Source: Squalus acanthias (taxonomy: Eukaryota). Taken from it: a stretch of 64,000 bases of DNA. Within the stretch, counting starts at the first letter, position 1, and every line of letters starts with the position of its first letter. Below the pieces are notes generated by a model. That model ran no database searches and was not told where the DNA came from. It saw only the letters and a program-made list of their open reading frames with translations. The position numbers were made by a program, and so were the translations under genes. The stretch covers positions 31,994,001-32,058,000 of the forward strand of contig CM059432.1 in the NCBI GenBank assembly GCA_030390025.1, in the 5' to 3' direction. Of this stretch, positions 53,794 through 64,000 are shown one piece after another.

Positions 53794-54447
53794 CTAACAC
53801 AAGAAGTTTGTCATAAGAACACAGCTACAAACCATTCTCCCCAGCAAGCCGAGAATCAGTGATTGCTCCCTTGTGTGCCCGCTTAACTTGATCCTAGACT
53901 CTAACCCAACTGTAGGAACACATGAGGCAGGATTACAATAAAAGGGATCATATTTTCACTCTGCTGAAGGGCCGGAAAGCATGTTGATGTGCAGAGCTGC
54001 CACTACCTGCTCTGTAAACACACCTTCATAGATTTTTTTATCCAATTGTCTCCCCTTCGCTGGGGTGTGGCTTCACAGATGCCAGTAGCCCTGCAAGTAG
54101 TCATGCTTCATCTATAAGCCTAGACGATGGGTATCATCAGACTATTCAGCTTTGTGGAGATTCATAGCCAAGATCATTCTTGTCCTTGCCTACGTACACA
54201 CGCCTTCTGGCAGGGGTCACTGGATAGCAATCAGGAATAAGAAAGCTGGATGGCCTTTTTATTACCAGAGGTCAGTTATAGTGCCACTACCATTGCCCTG
54301 GCTGCGATTAGCTAACTCAGCAGAGAGTGCGGCTGGTGAAGCCCTACATCCATTGAACCGTCAAGGGAACCCCCATATCCTGATTCTATCTTTATCTATC
54401 TATCTGATCTTTTCACTAGCAGATTAGGAAACAAATCTGAAAATGTG

Positions 54448-54564
54448 CAAATGGTGACACAATGATGCATTTCTACAGCCAATAGTGTCACTCTGTTTGC
54501 AAACCTGGCATTCCTCCAAAAGGTGACACCGCCCTTTAAAAATAGGTCTTTAAAAATTGAAGTG
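54448..54564. promoter_or_regulatory. Candidate striated-muscle enhancer (E-box, MCAT, T-box, MEF2, NKX2-5-like sites)
   Basis: CAAATG 54448, CATTCCT 54509, AGGTGACA 54521, TTAAAAATAG 54536, TGAAGTG 54558 within ~120 bp. Confidence 0.4.
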
Positions 54565-55528
54565 GCTTAGCCTCTGAGTTAGAAGGTTGTGGGTTCAAGT
54601 CCCACTCCAGAGACTTGAGCACATAATCTAGGCTGATTCTTCAGTGCAGTAGTGAGGGAGTACTGCGCTGTCAGAGGTGCTGTCTTTCAGATGAGACAGT
54701 AAACCGAGGCCCCGTCTGCCCTTTCAGGTAAATGATCTCACGGCACTATTCGAAGAAAGGCAGGGGAGTTATCCCTGGTGTCCTGGGCAATATTTTTCCC
54801 TCAACCAACATCACTAAAACACATTATCTGGTCATCAACATAGCTGTTTGTGGGATCTTGCTGTGTGCAAACTGAATGCCGCATTTCCCTATTTTATAAC
54901 AATGATTACACTTCAAAAGTACTTCATTGGCTGTAAAGCGCTTTGGGGTGTACTGAGGTTGTGAAAGGAGCTATATAAATACAAGGAAGTTCTTTCTTTC
55001 TAGGCCAAACAGCAAGCTTATTCCAATCGGAATGATTGTGGCATCAAATAAGAATATTATGACTATCTCTTTGATCACTGGGTATTTTCTGGGATAGTTT
55101 AGAGGTACATATTTCATTGCAGAATTTGAAACCGTGCAGGAGAGCAGAGTCCTCCATACACAATAGTCACTAAAATGAACCACAAAATTATAACCTCTCA
55201 GTAACCATAGACATACAAGGCATAAAGGTTGCAATTTCCTCCTGATATTAAGAAACCTGGGTCGTGGACCAAGGCCCAGAGAGCAGGTCACCACTGAAGT
55301 GATGAGGATAGGAAAGAGGACGAGATAAATCAAGAAGCAGTGCTTAGATGATGCCAAACTAGGCATTTAAAAGCTGTTGGATTGTAGGAGGAAGGGATGG
55401 CCAAGGCAGGTAATGAGTTCTACAGTCCTGTGCTCCTGGGAGAGAACAGGATAGTGCTAGTGCCATGATTTCAACACAATACTTGATGGTAATGCACTGG
55501 TTTTATCCCTTGAATGAAGGGGACTCAC

Positions 55529-55575
55529 GAGTGCTTCAGGGCAGAGCTTTGCAGACAATACTCTAGTGACAGACA
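55529..55575 (-). CDS. Candidate 47-nt exon upstream of the LIM exon (VSVTRVLSAKLCPEAL)
   Basis: ttttatacag| ... CTC|gtgagt; stop-free, ends in phase 0 like the start of the LIM exon; no recognisable motif. Confidence 0.35.
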
Positions 55576-56037
55576 CTGTATAAAATATATTCAGCAGTAG
55601 AAAGTATGACTTTATTACTTTTAATTTCCTTATCAATTTTATTTCAGGCTGCTGTAAAACCATGGAATGTTTAAAGACATCCTTCGTGTTTGTGTTATGC
55701 AGCCTTTACCATTCCCCAGTATTGTTTGGCTACCATTTTGAAAATTCCATTAGGAGGGAGTAACACTTTGTGGGCCATAGGGACGTTATCTAACACATCC
55801 CTGATTGTGTTTCTGCTGCAGACAGTCAAACTCTTCCTCATGTAGCAGATCTACTTTTGAGATGAGACCAGATAATGTAGACCATGATATCTTGTCCAGA
55901 ACAGTAGAATCAGAGGACACGGCCAGCGCTTGAAGGGGGGTAAATTCAAAACTAATCTGCGGAAACAATATTTCAGTGAGCGAGTGGTCAATCGATGGAA
56001 CAGGCTCCCTCGGGACACAGTGAAAGCAGCTAGTATT

Positions 56038-56838
56038 TGGAAGGAAAGGACGAATCAGACTGTTCTGAAGCCTACTATTTTTATACTACTATTGATTTCC
56101 CTTTACATTGAAGTAATGTTAATCTTTAGCCTTTGCCTGTGTAGCAGGGAAGTATATGTCAATTTAAAGTGTCACTGGGCTCTTGGATCAGGATGAAGTA
56201 ATAAAGGTCTTAATTAAAGACATGCCATTGTATACTGATTCCTAAAGTTTCAGAGAACTTTAATCATTTGATAACAGTGTGGGAAACAGTTAGTTCTGCA
56301 AAGGAACACATCTGGGCATACATCATTCTTTTGATTTGGTACAAATGATCCAGAAATAAAGACAAATAAAGGTTTCACTTGGTAGAATATAAATGATATG
56401 GAACAAGAGTGAAACTAAAGATATGATAACAAAGTAAGGTAGTTATACTTGTTGGCTCGTTAAGTAAGGAAATCTAAAGTTATTGATGTGATAAGTCAAT
56501 TAACTTCTTGTATGAAGTTGTATTTTAACTTTTATATAAGTATGTAATGCAGAATTATGTGGATTTTCACGCGGAGGGAGTAAGAGAAATGTATAAAAGC
56601 GGGCAGTTTTAATGAGTATTTGGATTCTTAAAGGCCTAAGATACTGAGCTCAGAACTGTAACACATCTGAATCCCCAGCCAAACCATTAGGTTCTGTTGG
56701 AAGTACTGCCTTTTATATATATGTTTAAATTCTATTGCATATGCTGTATGCTTAATAAACCTATTACACTGGACTTCAATGTTTAAGCACCTTATTGATT
56801 TGAGGAGTAAATCATAACCTAGAACCGATCCCCTCACA
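56038..56838 (+). mobile_element. Solo LTR (801 bp)
   Basis: TG...CA ends, 4-bp TSD TATT, TATAAAA at 56592, AATAAA at 56754. Confidence 0.75.
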
Positions 56839-56922
56839 TATTGATTCATTCAAATGTAAATTAGGTAGATTTTTTTCAGAAAATAAAATTTTGCAAAAGA
56901 GTATATGAATAATTTGAGACAG

Positions 56923-59520
56923 TTCTTTGATGAAATAACGGAGAGGGTTGAGGAAGGTAGTGCAGTTGATGTTGTGTATATGGACTTTCAACAGGCATTT
57001 GATAAAGTACCGCATACTAGCCTGTGTCTCAGCCAGTGGCTCAGTTGGTAGCATAGGATTACATAGGATATACGGCACAGAAACAGGCCATTCGGCCCAA
57101 CCAGTCCATGCCGGCGTTTATGCTCCACTTGAGCCTCCTCCCGTCTTTCCTCATCTAAATCTATCAGCATAACCCTCTATTCCCTTCTCCCTCATATGCT
57201 TGTCTAGCCTCCCCTTAAATGCATCGATACTATTCGCTTCAACCACTCCCTGTGGTAGCGAGTTCCACATTCTCATCACTCTTTGGGTAAAGAAGTTTCT
57301 TCTCAATTCCCTATTGGATTTCTTGGTGACTATCTTATATTGATGGCCTCTAGTTATGCTCCTCCCCACAAGTGGAAACATTCCCTCTGTATCCACTCTT
57401 ATCAAAACCTTTCATAATTTTGAAGACCTCTATTAGGTCACCCCTCATCCTTTTTTCAAGAGAAAAGAGACCCAGCCTGTTCATCCTATCCTGATATGTA
57501 TACCCTCGCATTTCTGGTATCATCCTTGTAAATCTTTTCTGCACCCTCTCCAGTGCCTCTATATCCTTTTTATAATATGTGGAATTCTCTACCACAGAAG
57601 GCTGTGGAGGCCAAGTCACTGAATATATTTAAGAAGGAGATAGATAGATTTCTAGACACAAAAGGCATCAAGGGGTATGGGGAGAGAGCAGGAATATGGT
57701 ATTGAGATAGAGGATCAGCCATGATCATATTGAATGGCGGAGCAGGCTCGAAGGGCCGAATGGCCTACTCCTGCTCCTATTTTTCTATGTTTCTATAATA
57801 TGGCGACCAGAACTGTACGCTGTACTCCAAGCACCCTTGCCTCTGAGTCCGAAGGTTGTGAATTCATAGTCCCACTCCAGAGACTTGAGCACAAAAAATC
57901 TAGGCTGGTAGTACTGAGGGAGTGCTGCGCTGTCAGAGGTGCCGTCTTTTGGATGAGACATTAAACAGAGGCCCTGTCTACTCTCTCAGGTGGGCATAAA
58001 AGATCCCATAGCACTATTTCAAAGAAGAGCAGGGGAGTCCTGGCCAATACTTATCCCTAAATCAATATCACAAAAAAAACCCAGATTATCTGGTCATTAT
58101 CACATTGCTGTATGTGGGATCTTGCTGTGCACAAATTGGCTGCTGCATTTCCTATATTATAACAGTGACTACACTTCAAACAGTACTTCTCTGGCTGTAA
58201 AGCGCTTTGGGACGATGGTAGTTGTGAAAGGCGCTATATAAATGCAAGTCTTTCTTTTCCTTTTTCTCCTTTAGGTAAATCGAAGCCCATGGGATTACAG
58301 GGGCAGTGGGAGCGTGGATACAATCGAAGCCCATGGGATTAAAGGGGCAGTGGGAGCGTGGATACAATCGAAGCCCATGGGATTAAAGGGGCAGTGGGAG
58401 CGTGGATACAATCGAAGCCCATGGGATTAAAGGGGCAGTGGGAGCGTGGATACAATCGAAGCCCATGGGATTAAAGGGGCAGTGGGAGCGTGGATACAAT
58501 CGAAGCCCATGGGATTACAGGGGCAGTGGGAGCGTGGATACAATCGAAGCCCATGGGATTACAGGGGCAGTGGGAGCGTGGATACAATCGAAGCCCATGG
58601 GATTAAAGGGGCAGTGGGAGAGTGGATACAATCGAAGCCCATGGGATTAAAGGGGCAGTGGGAGCGTGGATACAATCGAAGCCCATGGGATTACAGGGGC
58701 AGTGGGAGCGTGGATACAATCGAAGCCCATGGGATTACAGGGGCAGTGGGAGCGTGGATACAATCGAAGCCCATGGGATTAAAGGGGCAGTGGGAGCGTG
58801 GATACAATCGAAGCCCATGGGATTAAAGGGGCAGTGGGAGCGTGGATACAATCGAAGCCCATGGGATTAAAGGGGCAGTGGGAGCGTGGATACAAAATTG
58901 GCTAAGAGTAGAAAGCAGAGGGTAGTGGTAAATGGCTGATTATCAGACTGGAGGGAAGATACAGTGGTCTCCCTCAGGGATTAGGACCACTGCTCTTTTT
59001 GGTATATATTAATGACCTGGACTTGGGTATAGGAGGCAATTTTTTAAATTTTGCAGATGGCACAAAACTTGGCAATGTAATAAACAGTGAGGAGGATAGT
59101 GGTAGACTTCAGGAGGACATAGACAGACTGGTGAAATGGGCAGACACATGGCAGATGAAGTTTAATGCAGAGAAGAGTGAAGTGTTGCATTTTGGAAGGA
59201 AGATAGATAGGGCAAAACTGTTTCCACTAGCAGGAGAGTCACAGATTTAAGATAATTGGCAAAGAACCAAGGGGGAGATGAGAAATCTTTATATGCAGTG
59301 AGTTGTTATGATCTGGAATGCACTGCCTGAAAAGGCAGTGCAAGTAGATTCCATAGTAACGTTCAAAAGGAAATTGGATAGCTACTTGAAAAGCAAAAAT
59401 TTTCAGGACTATGGGGAAAGAGCAGGGGATGGGACTAATTGGATAGCTCTTTCAAATAGCCAGCACAGGCATGATGGGCTGAATGGCCTCCTTCTGTGCT
59501 GTAAAATTCTATGATTCTAT
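56923..59520 (+). mobile_element. CR1 RT fragment, split by a SINE and carrying a tandem array
   Basis: FFDEITER..YMDFQQAFDKVPH | [28 protein letters not shown]. Confidence 0.8.
58278..58893 (+). repeat. 44-bp minisatellite, 14 copies, derived from CR1 RT sequence
   Basis: aatcgaagcccatgggatta(a/c)aggggcagtgggagcgtggatac x14; encodes IEAHGIKGAVGAWIQ. Confidence 0.95.
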
Positions 59521-61749
59521 GACAGGATAAGTGTAGCATGCTTGGGAGGAACAGGTAACCTTGGACCTATGGTTTCCAAAGCGCTCCACCACTGGGGTTT
59601 TCCTTGTCTCATGCCTGGGTCTGTTGTACACTAATTGATAGAGATTGATTGCTATGATTAGTCCACAACTCCATTATGATTGTATCATGCGACTACTACG
59701 ATGGTAGGAGGTGAACCAGATGGACCGTGGCCATTTTTAATCGAGCAATTCCTATGTTCCTAACTTTAAAACTGATTTCAGGAAGTTCTTCACGTAGAGA
59801 GTGATCAACTCTTGGGAGGAGAATTTCAATGGCTTTCCCCTAAGTTTCTGCTGTAACTTCAGTGGAACATTGGCATATGCCCTGGAGAAATTACAGAAAT
59901 GTTCATTTGTAGCTATTGGTTCTGCTGATCTTTTGATGGAGAAATCTACACAGACATTCCAGGTATTTAATGGACTTCTGAGCAGAATGGTGGATACCCT
60001 GGAATCTTTAAAGAAACAACTAGATGCAGCAATGGTGGGAGCATAGGTTTGTTCTGGATGGATGAATTAAGATAGGTCTTCACCATCATAAGTATTTTGT
60101 ACCAGTGATGGGATAGCTTAGCTGCTAGGAGTCCTGATCATAAAATGGTAGATCTAGCAACACAAAGGAGAGGTCAACTCATTGAATTCACTGACGCCAA
60201 AATTGTAGGGATAGATTTTCCAAATTAGTGCTCCCCACACAGAGCTTCACATGATGGGACTGACTATTTGGGAATTCAGGTGCAGTGATCAGTGTGCATC
60301 CCATGATTACCCTTCCTTTAATCTAAATTAGTGCTCCTAGTGCCTAGCACCCGCACAACATTGGAATCCAGGCCATTGTGCTGAGGATAATTGTCTGTCC
60401 ATTCATTTTAATGGATGATAAATTGGTCAGGTGGTGTCCAAATCCCCAATATGCACTCCCATCGCACGAAGGCCTGAGTATAAATCCAGAGCCGAGGCCT
60501 GACCTGGAGGAGGTAGTTTCACATCTCCTCTGCTTGACACCACATGGAGTCTAACTCCAGTGCAGTGTCGAACCTGATGTTAAAGATCCCCAAGCCTTGG
60601 ACTTCCTGGGCACTTCTCAAACCTACCTAAAATTAATTTACATATACAGATAGTGGGACACTGCTGCCTGCACCGTCTATACCCTAAGATTTAATTTCTT
60701 GGAGCGAAGCTCTACATCAGCTTGCATAGAGTTTTAACCTGGGCAGCATAATTGAAGTTACATGCGTCAGTTGTTATTGGCCATGATATGAATGCTCCTT
60801 CCATGGACATAAACATGGTTTTACCAGCCGATAGGGTGGTTCTCCTATACAGCAGGAATATTTTTATGGGCTCCTACAACCCTGTACAATACCCACACCC
60901 ACCGGACACAAGTCACTTGCTGGATGTCAATCAAGAATTCAGAGTGAGAGCTCCGATCTCCACTCGCCAAGACTGTCTGGAGTGGGTTTCGAACCCTGCA
61001 CCTTCTGACACAGAGGCGAGAATGTTACCACTAAAGCAAAGGTTTGCTCTATATGCAGGCAGTGTACCTTGGCTGAAATCTGAACTGCTGTGTCAAGGCG
61101 TTTTCAAATCAAAAACTGCAGGGATCTGGGGAAAGAGCGAGGGAGTGGGTCTAACTGGATTGCTCTTCGAAAGAGCTGGTGCAGACTCTATGGGTCAAAT
61201 GGCCGCCTTCTGTGCTGTACTATTCTATGATTCTATGTGGCCATTCTTCACAAGGAAGACTAGACAGGGAATTTTAGTAGGGCTCTTCCTCCATGTGGAG
61301 AGGGGGGGAGCATCACAAATGGGAAACCTGTCTTCATCCAACATCCACACATTTCCCGGCAGGAGTCAGTGGATCGCAAACACGAGCGTGAAACCTGGCT
61401 GATTTTTTTCCCCCTTTCCCCTAGTGGCATAGAAGACAACTGCAGGGCTCCCACAAGAACCGTTTTGGTTGACATCCATTAGCTGAGCAAAGAACAGGGA
61501 TTGAACCATGGAACCTTTGTCTAACAGCTTGGTTTCACAGTGGGCAGTGCGTTTACAAACCGAGCCACAGGAGCCACATTAATGCTGGAATGTAAATCTC
61601 TTTTTAAAGATCAGCACAGTAAAATATCAAATGCAAAAATCCTGTTTTTTAAATTAAATCCAAATAACATCTACAGTTCATATCGCACAGTCTGAAACAG
61701 AGTCCATGCAAAAAAAAAATCAGATAAAACTGAAGAAATATTAAAAACG

Positions 61750-61755
61750 TTTATT
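61750..61755 (-). terminator. Candidate poly(A) signal of the canonical XIRP1 isoform
   Basis: AATAAA on - strand in T-rich unique sequence ~1.9 kb past the 63617 stop. Confidence 0.35.
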
Positions 61756-62015
61756 AAGGCAGGCTGTGGAAGTAAAAAAAAAAGAATAAGATGTTTAGCA
61801 AACAGGAAGAGCAGTTCACAGGCGGAAAGAAACTTTTGAAGATCCTAGAGGAACTGATACATTATGTTGGAGGTGGAGCTAAAATACAAAGGAAGCTTGA
61901 GGAGAAAAAAAAAGTAGAAAAATTGAATTGTAATGCAAAATTGTAGTCTAATTATGATCACAATACTACACGTCTTCAGTAAAAACAGGAAACACTGGAG
62001 TTATGCAACACACGC

Positions 62016-63161
62016 GGGGTAACTTTAACTTCGAGCGATGGTGTAATACGGGTGATATCGAATTAACCGCCCATTATACACCACGCTCAATTTTACCTTC
62101 CAAGGAAAGGAAAATTGGGGTTGCTGTATAACAACAACAACAACTTGCATTTATATAGCGCCTTTAACGTAGTAAAACGTTGCAAGGCGCTTCACAGGAG
62201 CGTTATCAAACAAATTTGACACCGAGCCACATAAGGAGAAATTAGGGCAGATGACCAAAAACTTGGTCAAACAGGTAGGTTCTAAGGAGCATCTTAAAGG
62301 AGGAGAGAGAGGTAGAGAGGCGGAGAAGTTCAGGGAGAGAATTCCAGAGCTTAGGGCCTAGGCAGCTGAAAGTACGGCCACCAATGGTGGAGTGATTGAA
62401 ATCGGGGATGCTTAAGAGGCCAGAATTGGAGGAGCGCAGATATCTTGGGGGGTTGTGGGGCTGGAGGAGATTACAGAGATAGGGAGGGGCGAGGCCATGG
62501 AGGGCTTTGAAAACAAGTGGTCAGAGATGGCCTTATCTGTGATTGACACGATGGGAGTAGAGAGGTCATGAGGACTGAGATGAGAGAAGTTTCTTCACTC
62601 AGAGGGTGGTGAACCTGTGGAATTCTCTACTACAGAAGGCTGTAGAGGCCAAGTCACTGAATATATTTAAGAAGGAGATAGATAGATTTCTAGACACAAA
62701 AGGCATCAAGGGGTATGGGGAGAGTGCAGGAATATGGTATTGAGATAGAGGATCAGCCATGATCATATTGAATGGCGGAGCAGGCTCGAAGGGCTGAATG
62801 GCCTACTCCTGCTCCTATTTTTCTATGTTTCTATGAGATGGCAAGATCAAGGGGGTGGCCGTGAATATGGGTTGGGGAGTTTACATGGAGGGAGAGATTA
62901 AGGGAGGATAGGAGGCTAGTGAATTCAGAGGAGAGAGGACAGATGAATTGAGATGGAGGCTGAAATCACAGAGGATGAGAAGTCGCTCGGTGCAGATGCT
63001 GAGGGAGGGAAGCAGTGAAGATATCTCAGTGATAACATTTTTATGGTACTTGGGTGGGCAGTAGAGGACGAGAATTTTAAATGAGAGATGAGAGGGTGTA
63101 TAATGGGTGGCTAATTCAATATCACCCGGTTTACACCATTGCCCAAAGATAAAATTACCCC
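62016..63161. mobile_element. MITE interrupted by an L2 LINE 3' fragment (-, ~62131-63090), itself interrupted by a CR1 3' end (+, ~62575-62835)
   Basis: TIR ggggtaacttta/taaaattacccc; L2 tail (caa)n cttgcatttatatagcg; CR1 piece nearly identical to 57578-57793. Confidence 0.75.
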
Positions 63162-63616
63162 CCGTGGAGTTTAACTCCAGCGCAGTGTCAAACGTGATGT
63201 CGAACCTAGGACCAGCAGCATCTGGAAACAGAAAAGATGGTCAACACTGTGAGCGCCTCAAACATTAACCTGTCTTTTCTCTTTTCAGATGCTGATGAAC
63301 TTGCTGTGCACTTCTATTTTCATTTAAAATTGCCAAGTTTTTTTTCTTCTGAAAGATCAGAGAGGTCGACACTTATAGTGTGGATCCTCCATTAGCAGTG
63401 ACTCTTCTACCTGCCTGTGCCAGTCTGAGGCGGGGCCTACACTCGACATGTTAACCCGTCTCTTCAGCGGCTGACCAGGCTTGCTGTATATCTCCAGCAC
63501 CTTTTTGGTTTTTATTTCAGATTTCCAGCTTCATGGTTTTTTTCTTCCCATCTCTATGTTACTTATACAGAGTGTCGCAGGTTGTACTTTAATGGAACCC
63601 AGTGTGACTCTAAGAT

Positions 63617-64000
63617 CTAACATCTCTTTGCTGAATTGGGATTGCCAAAGGAAACGAACACCACTCCACTTTCCTTAGCGTTTTGGCGCGAGTCTTCTGC
63701 TAGCCTCGCAGGGCTCTGCAGGTGCCTACTAAGAAGGGGAGAAGTAGCAACTTCATATCTGGGTGGCGCTTGAACTACCTCGTATGTCGATGAGGTTGTT
63801 GACTCAGATTGCTTTGTGACTGTGGTTGAGGTTTTTGATGTGATAATTTTGTTCCCAAATCGATCGATCTCTTCATATTTTTCCATGACAGTCTTCGTAC
63901 CAACTATCTCACCTCCATCAGGCCCTGTCTTGAACTCTACAACACTTTTGCTTCTCTGAGGGACTGGGCTCTGAGTTCTATCAATGACATTGCCTTTAAA
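63617..64000 (-). CDS. XIRP1: XIRP1 (Xin actin-binding repeat protein 1), 3' end of large coding exon; runs off window edge
   Basis: Frame open from 64000 to stop at 63617: QRSKSVVEFKTGPDG..TKTVMEKYEEIDRFGNKIITS..SPLLSRHLQSP..GVVFVSFGN. This matches the XIRP1 C-terminal motifs as I recall them (RRKSILELQTG, EQYEEVDQFGN, SPLLRQFLHSP). Confidence 0.88.
   Translation of the reverse strand, partial: FKGNVIDRTQSPVPQRSKSVVEFKTGPDGGEIVGTKTVMEKYEEIDRFGNKIITSKTSTTVTKQSESTTSSTYEVVQAPPRYEVATSPLLSRHLQSPARLAEDSRQNAKESGVVFVSFGNPNSAKRC

Larger units (their letters stand above)
55905..59762 (+). mobile_element. CR1 3' fragment hosting nested insertions
   Basis: Pieces 55905-56037, 56839-56922 and 59521-59762 rejoin across TSDs TATT and GACAG. 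Confidence 0.7.

Noticed and set aside
55786..55968. 60-aa minus-strand ORF as an XIRP1 exon
   Set aside because: No convincing splice sites or motifs; overlaps a CR1 fragment.
58278..58893. CRISPR-like array or repeat-protein ORFs
   Set aside because: Head-to-tail units with no spacers, eukaryotic context, derived from CR1.
60100..60153. Possible extra minus-strand exon with a good acceptor
   Set aside because: Stops in all three frames and a weak donor; non-coding use cannot be judged.
60752..61402. 216-aa plus-strand ORF and other 60-200-aa ORFs in repeats
   Set aside because: Cross unrelated SINE/LINE fragments or are antisense shadows; no domain signal.
63511..63516. AATAAA 100 nt after the XIRP1 stop
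   Set aside because: Falls in a PLE-derived repeat fragment; not excluded but unsupported.

Overview
Repeat-dense vertebrate genomic DNA, almost certainly an elasmobranch (shark/ray), judged from HE1-type V-SINEs, SacSINE1-like DeuSINEs and abundant CR1 LINEs. Two genes converge. (1) On +, exons 2-10 of an SLC22 organic-anion transporter (SLC22A13/OAT10-like, 1792-36135). All junctions are GT-AG and join into one intact 413-codon frame ending STRM*; exon 1 is upstream of the window. (2) On -, the end of the large coding exon of XIRP1 (63617-64000), followed by exons for an intact EPLIN/XIRP2/LIMD2-type LIM domain and a 1.3k-aa tail (53663-53793, 46470-50334). These are probably an alternative LIM-bearing XIRP1 C-terminus. 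The rest is mostly mobile DNA: near-full-length CR1 LINEs, several SINE families, Penelope-derived inverted-repeat elements with hammerhead-like cores, Harbinger remnants and MITEs, an RTE fragment, a solo LTR and two minisatellites. The most unusual object is a 3.26-kb single-ORF (APE+RT) LINE at 37895-41154. It starts with a tRNA-type A/B-box head and a Deu SINE domain, has no ORF1 and no TTTT on its sense strand, so it is a candidate Pol III-transcribed autonomous LINE. A SINE with the same head and tail lies 3 kb away. All calls are by eye; repeat boundaries are approximate to about 10-20 bp.
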